From assembly GCF_006345805.1 (NCBI RefSeq), contig NC_043000.1:150908001-150972000 (forward strand): 64,000 bases of DNA, read 5' to 3'. Of this stretch, positions 36,721 through 48,087 are shown in pieces; position 1 is the stretch's first letter, and each line of letters begins with the position of its first letter. A program made the position numbers and the translations under genes. Origin of the DNA: Octopus sinensis. Lineage: Eukaryota. The notes below the pieces were generated by a model. That model searched no databases, was not told the origin of the DNA, and worked only from the letters and a program-made list of their open reading frames with translations.

Positions 36721-37799
36721 CTGAGAATACAAAACAGGAATATGAAGTGGCAGTAAATAAATCTGTCAATAGGTTTAAACAAACGAACGTCCGAAAGATT
36801 TGCTTAAACTTTACGCGTGAGCTTCTCTTCAGCTCGACGTTAACGACAGAGATGGCGTGCATCGTTGAATAAGATCTAAGCTCAGGGTGTGTCAAATCAG
36901 TGACCCACTTTCAGTAGTCAACTGCGATTATGAGAACCTCTACCTGGCCTCTAGGCTTGCTAGAATAAGCAGTCAAATCTTCCTCAAATAAACTACTACA
37001 GTCTTAAGCAGGGGGGGGGAGATACATTAGATAATGTTGTCCAAGAAGATCCGAGCTCAGCAAAATGTTTATTTGCTTTTGGATTCTTTGGTAAGAACGG
37101 AAATATTCGATATTTTACAACACATTGTAGTTGAATTATTTTTTGATTTATTCGTAGCGGCGCAAATCCTTACAGTTTCTGTGATTTTAGCTCACGAAAA
37201 CAGAAACCAAATACCGGTTTTGTCACTGACTGTCTTTACGATTTTCTAACATAGATATAGGGCGGCAAATGTTGAGGGAAGTGTATAACCAATTAAATCG
37301 ATTTCAGTACTTGGCTTGAAGAATAACAAGCAAAACTGACGTCGTTAGGGTTTGAACTTAAAAAGAAAAGACAGACAAACCTATAACTAAACACCAAAAC
37401 GGCTTTTTATCTGCCGCTCTACCGATGTTTTCATCTACCACTCTTTCCATGAGTTATTAAGATAATTAGGATTTCTAACAACTCTAAACACAGAAATAAC
37501 AACTGCAAATAGCAGCAGTACAGCCACAACGTAAATCATGCTTACGACAAAACCTCACGTGGTTTTTGTTGAGATTGGTTCAGTCGCTTATATGGACGCC
37601 AGCACTTTATTAGTACCTTATTTTATCGATCACTGAAAAGCAAAATTCGCTTTGGCGTGATTTGAACATAATGGATAGTAAGTAAATGCCGCAATACTTT
37701 TTGTCCTACGCACCAAAGATTCTACTAAGTCACCCACTCTAGTCCCCTTCATAATGATTTCTTTTATAGATTCAATGCCTTAAATTTTGAGAATGAGTA

Positions 37800-39300
37800 A
37801 TTGGTACAGTCGATTACACTAGTTTTTTTTTATTTTATCGATCCATGTAGAATGAAAACCAAAGTTAACCTCTGTGGGATTTTAATTCAGATCACAAACA
37901 GCGGGACTTACACGGTAAATCCGTTACTATGATGATTTTACTTACCGATTATTCTTAATAACCTCCAACATAAACTGGAAAATAGAAAATTTTCGGAAGG
38001 ACAGTAGTCAATTATATGGAATTCAGTATTTGAATAGTACTATATTTTATCGACTCCGGAAGGCTGAAAGGTAAAGTTGGCCGCGACGGGATTAGACAGA
38101 AGTTAAAGCGTCAGATCAGCTACCGCTAAAAATACCGCATTTATCCGCTCGCATAAAAATAATAATCATTTCTACTATAGGAACAAGGCCTGAAATGTTG
38201 GGGAAGGGGCAAGTTGATTATATCGACCCCAGTACTCAACTGGTACTTATTTTATCGACTTTGAAAGGATGAAAGGCAAAATCGAACTCGGCGGAATTTG
38301 AACCCAGAACGTAAAAACGGACGAAATGTTGCTAATCATTTTTTTCCGTCGATTCGCTGCTTTTGGTTTCTGATTTAGGCACAAGGCCAACAATTATGAG
38401 GGAAGAGGATTAATCGATACTATCGATCCAAGTATTTGACTGGTTCTTTCTTCTATAGATGCCGAGAGATGAAAGGCAAAGTTGATGTTGGCAGCATTTG
38501 AATTAACAGTTTTTCCTTTAGATCAAGGCACCAATTTTGAGGGTAGGGGCTCAGTCGTACCACCGACCTCAGTATTTGACTGGTACTACATTACACCATT
38601 CCTGGAGTGATGAAATGGCAAGTTGAGCTCAACAGGACTTGAACTCCAGACATAAAGAGATGGAACAAATGCATCAAAGCATTTTCTCCCGATGTTCTAA
38701 TGCTTCTTATTTCTTTATTGCCCACAAGGCGCTAAACATAGAGGGGACAAACAAGGACAGACAAAGGGATTAAGTCGATTACATCGACCCCAGTGATTAA
38801 CCGGTACTTATTTAATCGACCCCGAAAGGATGAAAGGCAAAATCGACTTCAGCGGAATTTGAACTCGGAACGTAACTGCAGACGAAATACAGCTAAGCAT
38901 TTCGTCCGGCGTGCTAACGTTTCTGCCAGCTCGCCGCCTTCCGATGTTTTAATGCTTCTGCCTTTTCGATGCCTTTAATTTCTGATTTAGGCACAAAGCC
39001 AGCAATTTTTGACGGTTCGGGGTTGGGGGTAGATGGTTAATCGACGTTCTGAGTTCAAATGCCGCCGAGGTCGAATTTGCCTTCCATCCTTTCGGGGTCG
39101 ATTAAGTAAGTACCAGTTACGCAATGAGGTCGATATAATCGACTTAATCCGTTTGACTCTAGTGTTTGACTTGAGCTTTATTTTATCGACCCTTTCGGAG
39201 TCGGTAACGGCAAACTTTACCTCGGTGGGATTTGAACCTCGAACGTAAAGGGCCAGAACAAAGCATTTTAACCGACGCGCTAAGGGTCCCGCCAATCCAC
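37800..39300. mobile_element. Cluster of old family-B-related SINE copies, mostly minus strand
   Basis: Repeated diverged ACTGGTACT..TTTATCGAC..GAAAGG..AAAG..GAATTTGAAC blocks near 37810, 37990, 38160, 38370, 38520, 39040, 39180. Confidence 0.7.
38708..38940 (-). mobile_element. Young SINE family B monomer nested in an older relative, 19-bp TSD with one mismatch
   Basis: CCGATGTTCTAATGCTTCT (38689-38707) vs CCGATGTTTTAATGCTTCT (38941-38959). Confidence 0.92.
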
Positions 39301-39317
39301 CGCCCTACTAACAACAA

Positions 39318-39932
39318 CGACGATGAAGACGATGACGACGACGACGACAGCGCCGGCGACTACGACAGCGACGGCGACTACGACAGCGACTACGACAGCG
39401 ACTACGACTACGACAGCGACTACGACTACGACAGCGACGGCGACTATGACGACGACAGCGCCGGCGACTACGACGGCAACGGCGACTACGACAGCGACTA
39501 AGACAGCGACCACGACAGCGACTACGACAGCGACTACGACAGCGACTACGACAGCGACTACGACTGCGACAGCGACTACGACAGCGACTACGACTGCGAC
39601 AGCGACTACGACAGCGACGGTGACTACGACAGCGACTACGACAGCGACTACGACGGCGACTACGACAGCGACTACGACAGCGACTGCGACAGCGACTACG
39701 ACTGCGACAGCGACTACGACAGCGACTACGACGGCGACTACGACGGCGATTACGACAGCGACTACGACGGCGACTACGACGGCGACTACGACAGCGACTA
39801 CGACAGCGACTACGACGGCGACTATGACGACGACGGCGACTATGACGACGACGACGACTACGACTACGACGACTACGACAGCGACTACGACGGCGACTAC
39901 GACAGCGACGATGACGACGACCACGACAGCTA
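39318..39932. repeat. GAC-based minisatellite, dominant 12-bp unit GACTACGACAGC
   Basis: Direct reading; translates as (DYDS)n or (TTTA)n. Confidence 0.95.
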
Positions 39933-40419
39933 GCTACAACAACATAAAAACACACAAATTAGATAGTAATGTTGACAGATGCGAACCCTCATTTGCTTAA
40001 AGGTGATCAAAGTATTTTATAAATCTGCGGGTGTTGACGAAATCTCACAGATCGATTCAGATAAGCATAGTAAACAGGTTGGGTGTGGTGGTGGTGGTGG
40101 TGGTAGTGATGGTAGCGGTGTTGGTGGTGATGGGGGATAATTTCCTTGCTCACTTTATGATGTTAGAAGCGAACGAGTATCAGTGAAAGGAATTCACCGC
40201 CCCTAATTACACTGGTTCCTATTAGATTAGATATTCTGGGTATCAGAAATTTTCCTTTCAACATATCAGCCCTCATTAATTCACTTATTATTGGCCCTTC
40301 AAATCATTTCGTATGCAATTCTAGACGAATTGATAGGTGGAGGTTTCCGTAGAAAAGAGAGCGAAAATGATACTCGTAAATGAGGTGAGGAAAAAATGAG
40401 ATAGATAGAAATAGGTAGA

Positions 40420-40471
40420 ATGATAGATAGATAGACAGATAGATAGATGGATGGATGGATAGATAGAGATT

Positions 40472-40509
<38 letters not shown>

Positions 40510-40513
40510 GATT

Positions 40514-40547
<34 letters not shown>

Positions 40548-40551
40548 GATT

Positions 40552-40589
<38 letters not shown>

Positions 40590-40628
40590 GAGGGATAGAT
40601 AGATAGATAGATAGAGAGGGATAGATAG

Positions 40629-40659
<31 letters not shown>

Positions 40660-40677
40660 GATTGATAGATAGATAGG

Positions 40678-40737
<60 letters not shown>

Positions 40738-40740
40738 CAG
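40420..40740. repeat. (GATA)n array
   Basis: Direct reading. Confidence 0.95.
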
Positions 40741-41001
40741 AGAGCATAAAAGTGGACGGTGAGAAAGATGGCGAGCGATAAACGCAGAAGAATCGATGCA
40801 GACTGTGGAAGGAAAGTTAAAAAGAAATTGCAGATTAATGAGTGTCACGTGTTCATGACAACAAAAAGTAAGAAAAAAAAGAAAAAAGAAAAAAGGAAAA
40901 CACAAAACAGAAACTCGAAAAATACAAAAAGTGCTGACATTTCTGTTTTTAATACAAAGAAACTAAATAAACTACGTATACATATACATATATTAATATA
41001 C

Positions 41002-41036
<35 letters not shown>

Positions 41037-41519
41037 CTATATATATATATATATATATATCTATATATATATAGATATGGGTGTGTGTGCGTGAGTGCAT
41101 GTATATATATATGCATATACATACACAACAGGAATAAAATTTTATCACAATTTGCCAAAGGGTTCTATAAAGCAGAGTTTAGAGCAGCATAAATTTAATG
41201 TTATATTCGTCGCACTAAATTAATTAAGAAAAAAAACAATAAAAAAAAAAACAATAAAAAACAAGACGCAAACAAAAAACGCAGCTCACAGTAAATGCAT
41301 TAAAATAAATGTTAATGTAGACTGAATTTAAATAACTCAAGTTTATACACTATATATACATGTATACACACACAAACTTACATACATACACAAACATACA
41401 TACGTACGTACATACATACATAATGCATACATACATACATATATATGTGTGTGTGTGTATGGTATATATATTATATATATATATATATGTTTATATGTAG
41501 CATTATATATGTATATCTG

Positions 41520-41575
<56 letters not shown>

Positions 41576-42175
41576 GTATGTTTGTATAAACATATATATG
41601 TAAAAAGATGTATATATATGTGTGCGTGTGTGTAAAGTTCAGTTATTTTTAACGTAGTGTACATTAGCATATATTTATATATATATATATTATATATATA
41701 TATATACATATATATATTAACTCATTTTTTTGTTTAAATTATGCAAATTATCTAGGCCATGAATGTGTTCTATTTTTTTTTACATGTCTGTGTCCCTTGG
41801 CTGCTGGAGATAGGTTAGGAAATTGTCGACTCAATGACGTCTATTGAGGTAGAAACACGTACCGCATCTGTCCGCTACTCTTTAGACAATGACAACTTTT
41901 TTTTTCCTAATGGCGTGTAAAGTGTAGAGAAATTCTTGATTCTAGAGATTATCCCACCGTCTCGTATGAAACTGGTTTCGACTGTTATTTGGTAATTGTA
42001 ACACACCTTGAGACGGAGATAAATTTGGTAAGTCAAGGTGTTTTATATAGTTGTTCTTATCTATGTTGTTGTGTTGGTCATATATATGCTGGTAAGCGTG
42101 TGTATGTATGTGTAATTGTATGTGTATGCGCGCATGTGTGTAGGTGTGTGGATGCACGTAATGTCTTTTATACCT

Positions 42176-43134
42176 ATTTCTTTACTATCCACAAAGGGCT
42201 AAACACAGAAGGGACAAACAAGGACAGACAAACGGATTAAGTCGATTATATCGACCCCAGTGCGTAACTGGTACTTATTTAATCGACCCTGAAAGGATGA
42301 AAGGCAAAGTCGACCTCGGTGGCATTTGAACTCAGAACGTAGCGGCAGACGAAATACCTATTTCTTTACTACCCACAAAGGGCTAAACACAGAAGGGACA
42401 AACAAGGACAGACAAACGGATTAAGTCGATTATATCGACCCCAGTGCATAACTGGTACTTATTTAATCGACCCCGAAAGGATGAAAGGCAAGGTCAACCC
42501 CGGCGGCATTTGAACTCAGAACGTAGCGGCAGACGAAATACCTATTTCTTTACTACCCACAAGGGGCTAAACACAGAGAGGACAAACAAGGACAGACAAA
42601 CGGATTAAGTCGATTATATCGACCCCAGTGCGTAACTGGTACTTATTTAATCGACCCCGAAAGGATGAAAGGCACAGTTGACCTCGGCGGCATTTGAACT
42701 CAGAACGTAGCGGCAGACGAAATACCTAATTCTTTACTACCCACAAGGGGCTAAACACAGAGAGGACAAACAAGGACAGACAAACGGATTAAGTCGATTA
42801 TATCGACCCCAGTGCGTAACTGGTACTTATTTAATCGACCCCGAAAGGATGAAAGGCACAGTTGACCTCGGCGGCATTTGAACTCAGAACGTAGCGGCAG
42901 ACGAAATACCTATTTCTTTACTACCCACAAGGGGTTAAACACAGAGAGGACAAACAAACAGATTAAGTCGATTACATCGACCCCAGTGCGTAACTGGTAC
43001 TTAATTTATCGACCCCAAAAGGATGAAAGGCAAAGTCGACCTTGGCGGAATTTGAACTCAGAACGTAACGGCAGACGAAATACGGCTACGCATTTCGCCC
43101 GGCGTGCTAACGTTTCTGCCAGCTCGCCGCCTTC
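42176..43134 (-). mobile_element. SINE family B pentamer (one head + five 184-bp units) inside a single 16-bp TSD
   Basis: TACCTA(T/A)TTC recurs at 42171, 42355, 42539, 42723, 42907; AATGTCTTTTATACCT at 42160-42175 and 43135-43150. Confidence 0.95.
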
Positions 43135-43357
43135 AATGTCTTTTATACCTCCTTGAGTACTATAAAGCGTTTGTTGGAAACAGATGAACTTCGTTGAATA
43201 AGAACAAGTTTAATAATTGGTGCAAGATGGATTTAACTCCAGATGCAGACAATGGTAAACCAGTTCTGTAAAATGCCTAGAATGTCTTTTACGTTTTTTA
43301 ATAATCTTACATTCAGATCGGTAAAATCTGTGTTTGTCTTTCGATTATATTATGTAT

Positions 43358-43770
43358 TACTCTTTTACTCTTTTACTTGTTTCAGTCACTTGACTGCGGC
43401 CATGCTGGAGCATGCCTTTAGTCGAGCAACTCGACCCCGGGACTTATTCTTTTGTAAGCCCAGAACTTTTTCTATCGGTTTCTTTTGCCGAACCGCTAAT
43501 TGACGGGGACGTAAACACACCAGCATCGGTTGTCAAGCAATGCTAGGGGGATAAACACAGACACACAAACACATACACACACATACATATATATATATAC
43601 ATATATACGACGGGCTTCTTTCAGTTTCCGTCTACCAAATCCACTCACAAGCATTGGTCGGCCCTGGGCTATAGCAGAAGACACTTGCCCAAGATGCCAC
43701 GCAGTGGGACTGAACCCGGAACCATGTGGTTGGTTAGCAAGCTACTTACCACACAGCCACTCCTGCGCCT
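43358..43770 (-). mobile_element. SINE family A
   Basis: Reverse-complement match. Confidence 0.9.
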
Positions 43771-44046
43771 ATGTACATATTGTACATATTGTTTGAACAT
43801 ATTGGTTGAGCTAAAAGAAAAATTAATTTGTCGTCTATTTTTCTTTTCCTCAACTACAGATAACACCTGAAGATCACCGAAAGATTTTGTAAATCGAAAC
43901 GTTGAGTTACTAAAGTATTTGGGGGGGAAATTCCTAAGATGAAACTCTCCAGAATTTGTCAGCAGAGAAAATTTCAACATGAAACTAATAGAACGCTGAA
44001 AAACTATCATCTATTTAATATTTAGAAAAAAGAGAAATGAAAAGAA

Positions 44047-44260
44047 AGGCGGTGAGCTGGCAGAACCATTAACTTGCCGGACAAAATGTTTAGCGGCATT
44101 TCGTTCGTCTTGACATTCTGTGTTCAAATTCCACCAGGTCGATTTTGTCTTTCACTTTCTCGCGATCGATAAAAGAAGTACCAGTTGAATACCGGGGTCG
44201 ATGTCGACTTACCTCTCCGCCGAAATTGCGGGCTCTGTGCCAAAATTAGAAACCAATGTT
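44047..44260 (+). mobile_element. Diverged family-B-related SINE with alternative tail
   Basis: AAGGCGGTGAGCTGGCAGAACC..GTTCAAATTCC..GATAAAAGAAGTACCAG..AAATTGCGGGCTCTGTGCC. Confidence 0.75.
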
Positions 44261-44965
44261 TAGAAAAAAAAAGAAAGAAAGAAAATCATTATTGCTTAAT
44301 AATAAACGTCGGCAATGGTGTTTTTGTTAATATTCTCTTCGGAATAATTTTGCAATTATCAGAAGCTACGACTAAATCGTGAGCAATAAATCTTACCGAA
44401 TTTTGATCGATGGTTTGACACTATGATTTACACGAAAGTTTTACGTAACAATAACATGCAAAGGTCTTAGGAGATTGGTTCAGTGATTCATAGCTGAGGT
44501 TGTTTGTGTTAACATAGGTAGACTATTTTTTAATCTAAAGAATAGCAATGAATTAGCAGAAACAATAGATTTCATGTAAGTTACTGGCGTGTGAGCAGTG
44601 TTCGGTTTTGTTACAGTATTGTACTAGAGAATAGATATGCAGATTTCAGCCAATATAACACTTGTGGTTAAACTTAACTGAATGTTCAAACTTTCTATAG
44701 ATTTGTTCTGTAGCACAGTAAAGCATTGATATCTTATTTAGTTAATTTTGCTCTTCAAAAGGTAGATATACTAAGGAGATCAGTTCAGTCTTTGACGAAC
44801 CAGCGAAGGAGTCTCCCATTCGTTCGAATTGTTAGAAATAACAGCCAAATCTCCATTCAGTTACATTCTCTGCATTAAAAGGACACATTAAATAATATAA
44901 TCCAAGATACACAATTTCTATGAAAAAATGGCTGACTGGAATGTATTTGATGTTGAGTCCTCTCG

Positions 44966-45300
44966 AAGGCATGGCTCAGTGGTTAGAGCGTCGGGCTCAC
45001 AATCGCGAGGTAGTGAGTTCGATTCCCGGGTTGAGCTGTGTGTCGTGTTCTTGAGCAAGACACTTTATTTCACGTTGCTCCAGTTCACTCAGCTGAATAA
45101 ATAAATTGCGACATCACTGGTGCCAAGATGTATCAGCCTTTGCCTTTCCCTTGGATAACATCAGTGGCGTGGAGAGAGGAGGCTGGTATGCATGGGTGAC
45201 TGCTAGTTTTCCATAAGCAACCTTGCTCAGACTTGCGCCTCGTAGGGGAACTTTCTAGGTGCAATCCCATGGTCATTCATGACCGAATGTGGTCTTTACT
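44966..45300 (+). mobile_element. tRNA-derived SINE (family D) with CORE/V-like central segment
   Basis: TGGCTCAGTGG A-box, GAGTTCGATTCC B-box, then GTGTTCTTGAGCAAGACACTTTA..TTGCTCCAGTTCACTCAGCTG; no tRNA acceptor stem closure. Confidence 0.75.
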
Positions 45301-45638
45301 CTCCTCAACCAGGAATAATTTGTGCTGAGCAACACCATGGCAACAACAACGGCCATAAAACAATTTAGAGGGTGATTTCCACAACAGAATGCGTTTTGCT
45401 AAAAAGACGGATAGAAAAAAAACCAAGGTTGGAAAATATAAAATTTAAGTACTGGGTTGATTCATTCCACTAAGAAAACCATTTACTGCGGTACTTCATT
45501 CAGCTTGACTGCAGCTTAATAACTGAAATAAGCATTATAATATATATAATAATATATATATTATATATATATTGAATAGAAATGGTAAGACAACAAAAGA
45601 ATGAAAGAGACCTCGATATTACGTAAATATAGGAATTT

Positions 45639-45733
45639 ATCTGTAAATGATGTGACAATTATTTGGTAGCCATGATAAAACTCCAAGTTTTATCATGGCT
45701 TCCGAATAATTGTTACAAATTACATTTACAGAT
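45639..45733. repeat. Hairpin with about 45-bp arms and 3-nt loop, between (TA)n tracts
   Basis: ATCTGTAAATG..ACAATTATT.GG.AGCCATGATAAAACT-CCA-AGTTTTATCATGGCT.CC.AATAATTGT..CATTTACAGAT. Confidence 0.85.
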
Positions 45734-45755
45734 ATATATATATATATATATATAT

Positions 45756-46817
45756 ATTCCTTAATTCGGATTTGTAAACACTGAAAGTAGGAGCATACCC
45801 TTTTGGCGACTTTTCACCTCCGAAGATCCGTTCAGACTAACAGTGTCAACAAATTCAAAATATGCAAGCGAAGAATTTCTGCCCTCCCCTTTCCACCCAC
45901 GTGGGCTAACCTAGCAAACACCATAATTTTATCGGTGAAAACCGAAGCATTAAACAGAGAGAAATGAATTATAATTTCAACAATTGAGGGTAAAATTAAT
46001 TAATTATTAATCAATTTGTATTTGGTTGATCTAGAAACGTACGTTCTCAAATAACCTTTGCACTTGTGATTTTTTAATGTTTTTACCCCCATACCTTCGT
46101 GGGCTATTTTGAGTAAACACTATCTGAGAGAAATTTTCTTTAAATATTAGAAATGGCTAAAAAAATTTTTTTGGCTGCTATTTCTAATGAGTTCAGTATG
46201 TGGCAAAGTAATTTATTTTACTAAGCCCTTTATAAAATGTAATATTTTGAATTCGCCTTAAATGGTCCCTTTACATACTGAATACTTGGTGAAATTGATT
46301 AATAATTAATTAATTTTACCCTCAATTGTTGAAATTATAATTCATTTCTCTCTGTTTAATGTATCGGTTTTCACCGATAAAATTATGGTTGTTTGCTAGG
46401 TTAGCCCCGTGGGTGGAAAGGGGGGCAGCAGAAATTCTTCGCTTGCATATTTTGAATTTGTTGGCACTGTTAGTCTGAACGGATCTTCGGAGGTGAAAAG
46501 TCGCCAAAAGGGTATGCTCCTACTTTCAGTGTTTACAAATCCGAATTAAGGAATTTTGAGCTGACGAAAGAAATGTCGAATTGTATTTGGCTGATCTAGA
46601 AACGTACGTTCTCAAATAACCTTTGCACTTGTGATTTTTTAATGTTTTTAATGTTTTTACCCCCATACCTTCGTGGGCTATTTTGAGTAAACACTATCTG
46701 AGAGAAATTTTCTTTAAATATTAGAAATGGCTAAAAAAATTTTTTTGGCTGCTATTTCTAATGAGTTCAGTATGTGGCAAAGTAATTTATTTTACTAAGC
46801 CCTTTATAAAATGTAAT
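45756..46817. mobile_element. Composite P-Q-spacer-P(inverted)-x-Q element between (TA)n arrays, containing a hammerhead
   Basis: P 45756-46017 is the reverse complement of 46292-46554; Q 46018-46243 is repeated directly at 46583-46817. Confidence 0.85.
46555..46616 (+). ncRNA. Type I hammerhead ribozyme, canonical CUGACGA core, palindromic minimal stem III, GUU site
   Basis: Stem I TTTGAG (46555-60) / CTCAAA (46611-16); CTGACGA 46561-67; GAAA 46599-602; ACGTACGT palindrome; stem II imperfect (A.A mismatch at its base). Confidence 0.72.
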
Positions 46818-46873
46818 TTTATGTATAGATATATATATATATTATATATATATATATATATTATATATATATA

Positions 46874-46918
<45 letters not shown>

Positions 46919-46922
<4 letters not shown>

Positions 46923-47290
46923 GTGAAAATTGAAAGTTTATTTTACTTTATCTCAATAAAATGTAAAGCAGTTAATCAAAGTATGCACCTAGATTATCAA
47001 CACAATTTTGCCATGTTATTGGTGGCTTATCTATACTGGCAGTAAAGAATTCTGGAGAGCAAGAGGTGATGAAATCACGAAAGGCTGTTTTTGCATCTTC
47101 TTTAGATTTGAAGTTTTTTTCCTTGCAAAAGTTGTCTAATGCCGGGAAAATGTAATTGTCAGTTGGTGCAAGGTCTGGTGAATATGGTGGATGACAGAGT
47201 AATTCCAAGTTCAGTTCCTGTATCTTGAGTAACGTTCTTTGTGCAACATATGGTCGAACATTGTCTTGCAAGAGAATTGGCCTGATTCTA
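46919..47290 (-). mobile_element. Second mariner fragment (C-terminal transposase and probable right end)
   Basis: QDNVRPY..ELLCHPPYSPDLAPTDNYIF..LDNF..W..CVD..GAYFD; TA-flanked TCAGGTG end at 46919. Confidence 0.85.
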
Positions 47291-47643
47291 TTGTTTAATT
47301 GTAAGTTTACTCATCATTTCATCCAATTGGTTGGTGTGTGCCAGGTCTCATGAAGCTGTAGTGAATGACATCGGCGCTGGACATCATTAACTTTTTTGGT
47401 AAATATTCTTTTTTTTTTTATTGTGTTTTATATATTTCTCTATACCGTAGCACCGGTGAAGTGCCAGGTATATGGTAAAATAGGGTGTTCAGGAGGTCAG
47501 GGTTCAAAGGGTTAATGTCCTGGTATATATCGTCAGTGTATCATATATCCGAAAAAAAGAAGCACACTCTAAAGCATAGAGCAGTAATGTACTTATATGC
47601 TGTTAAGTCTATATCTGGTCATAGTGACCGGACATAGGCTTAA

Positions 47644-47699
<56 letters not shown>

Positions 47700-47848
47700 A
47701 CAGATAGATAGATAGATAAATATACATACATACATACATACATACATACATACATACATACATACACACATACATACATACATACACACATACATTCACG
47801 CCATACATACATACATACATACATACATACATACACACACGTTACTCT

Positions 47849-48020
47849 TATCACATTGAAAATACCGGTTTTCCTCCGATCACCGAAGATAAGCAACGTC
47901 GAGCCTAGTTAGCATTTAGATGGATGAGGGTTTGGGAAACCTAGATACTGTAAACATCTTTAAACTGGTTGTGCTTTAGCATGGCCTCAACCTTTGGACT
48001 GAAATGCACAAAAAAAAATT
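47849..48020 (+). mobile_element. 5S rRNA-derived sequence with a SINE-A-like tail (candidate SINE3) or 5S pseudogene
   Basis: TATCACATTGAAAATACCGGTTTTCCTCCGATCACCGAAGATAAGCAACGTCGAGCCTAGTTAG..GATGGATGA..TGGGAA..CTGTAAAC is colinear with invertebrate 5S rRNA; followed by GTGCTTTAGCATGGCC..GACTGAAA + A-run. Confidence 0.75.
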
Positions 48021-48087
48021 AATAAATAAAAGAATATAGACACAAACACACACACGAAGGATGCTGAAAAGTATCTGGCTTTAAGGG

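Noticed and set aside
41946-42027. Plus-strand exon candidate (AG..GTAAGT, open frame DYPTVSYETG..)
   Set aside because: Weak acceptor, and the next strong acceptor (about 43860) leads to a stop after 10 codons; no support for a plus-strand gene.
42176-43134. CRISPR-like regular array
   Set aside because: Units are 184-bp near-identical SINE bodies with no unique spacers, in eukaryotic context.
44966-45035. tRNA gene calls from A/B-box heads (also 3240-3316, 21766-21840, 25900-25968)
   Set aside because: Acceptor stems do not close and each head runs into a SINE body.
47385-47516. piggyBac-like end AAAGGGTTAA
   Set aside because: Matching left end is not convincing and no internal similarity was found.
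47849-47955. Functional 5S rRNA gene
   Set aside because: Many substitutions, missing 5' end, solitary, no T-run terminator.
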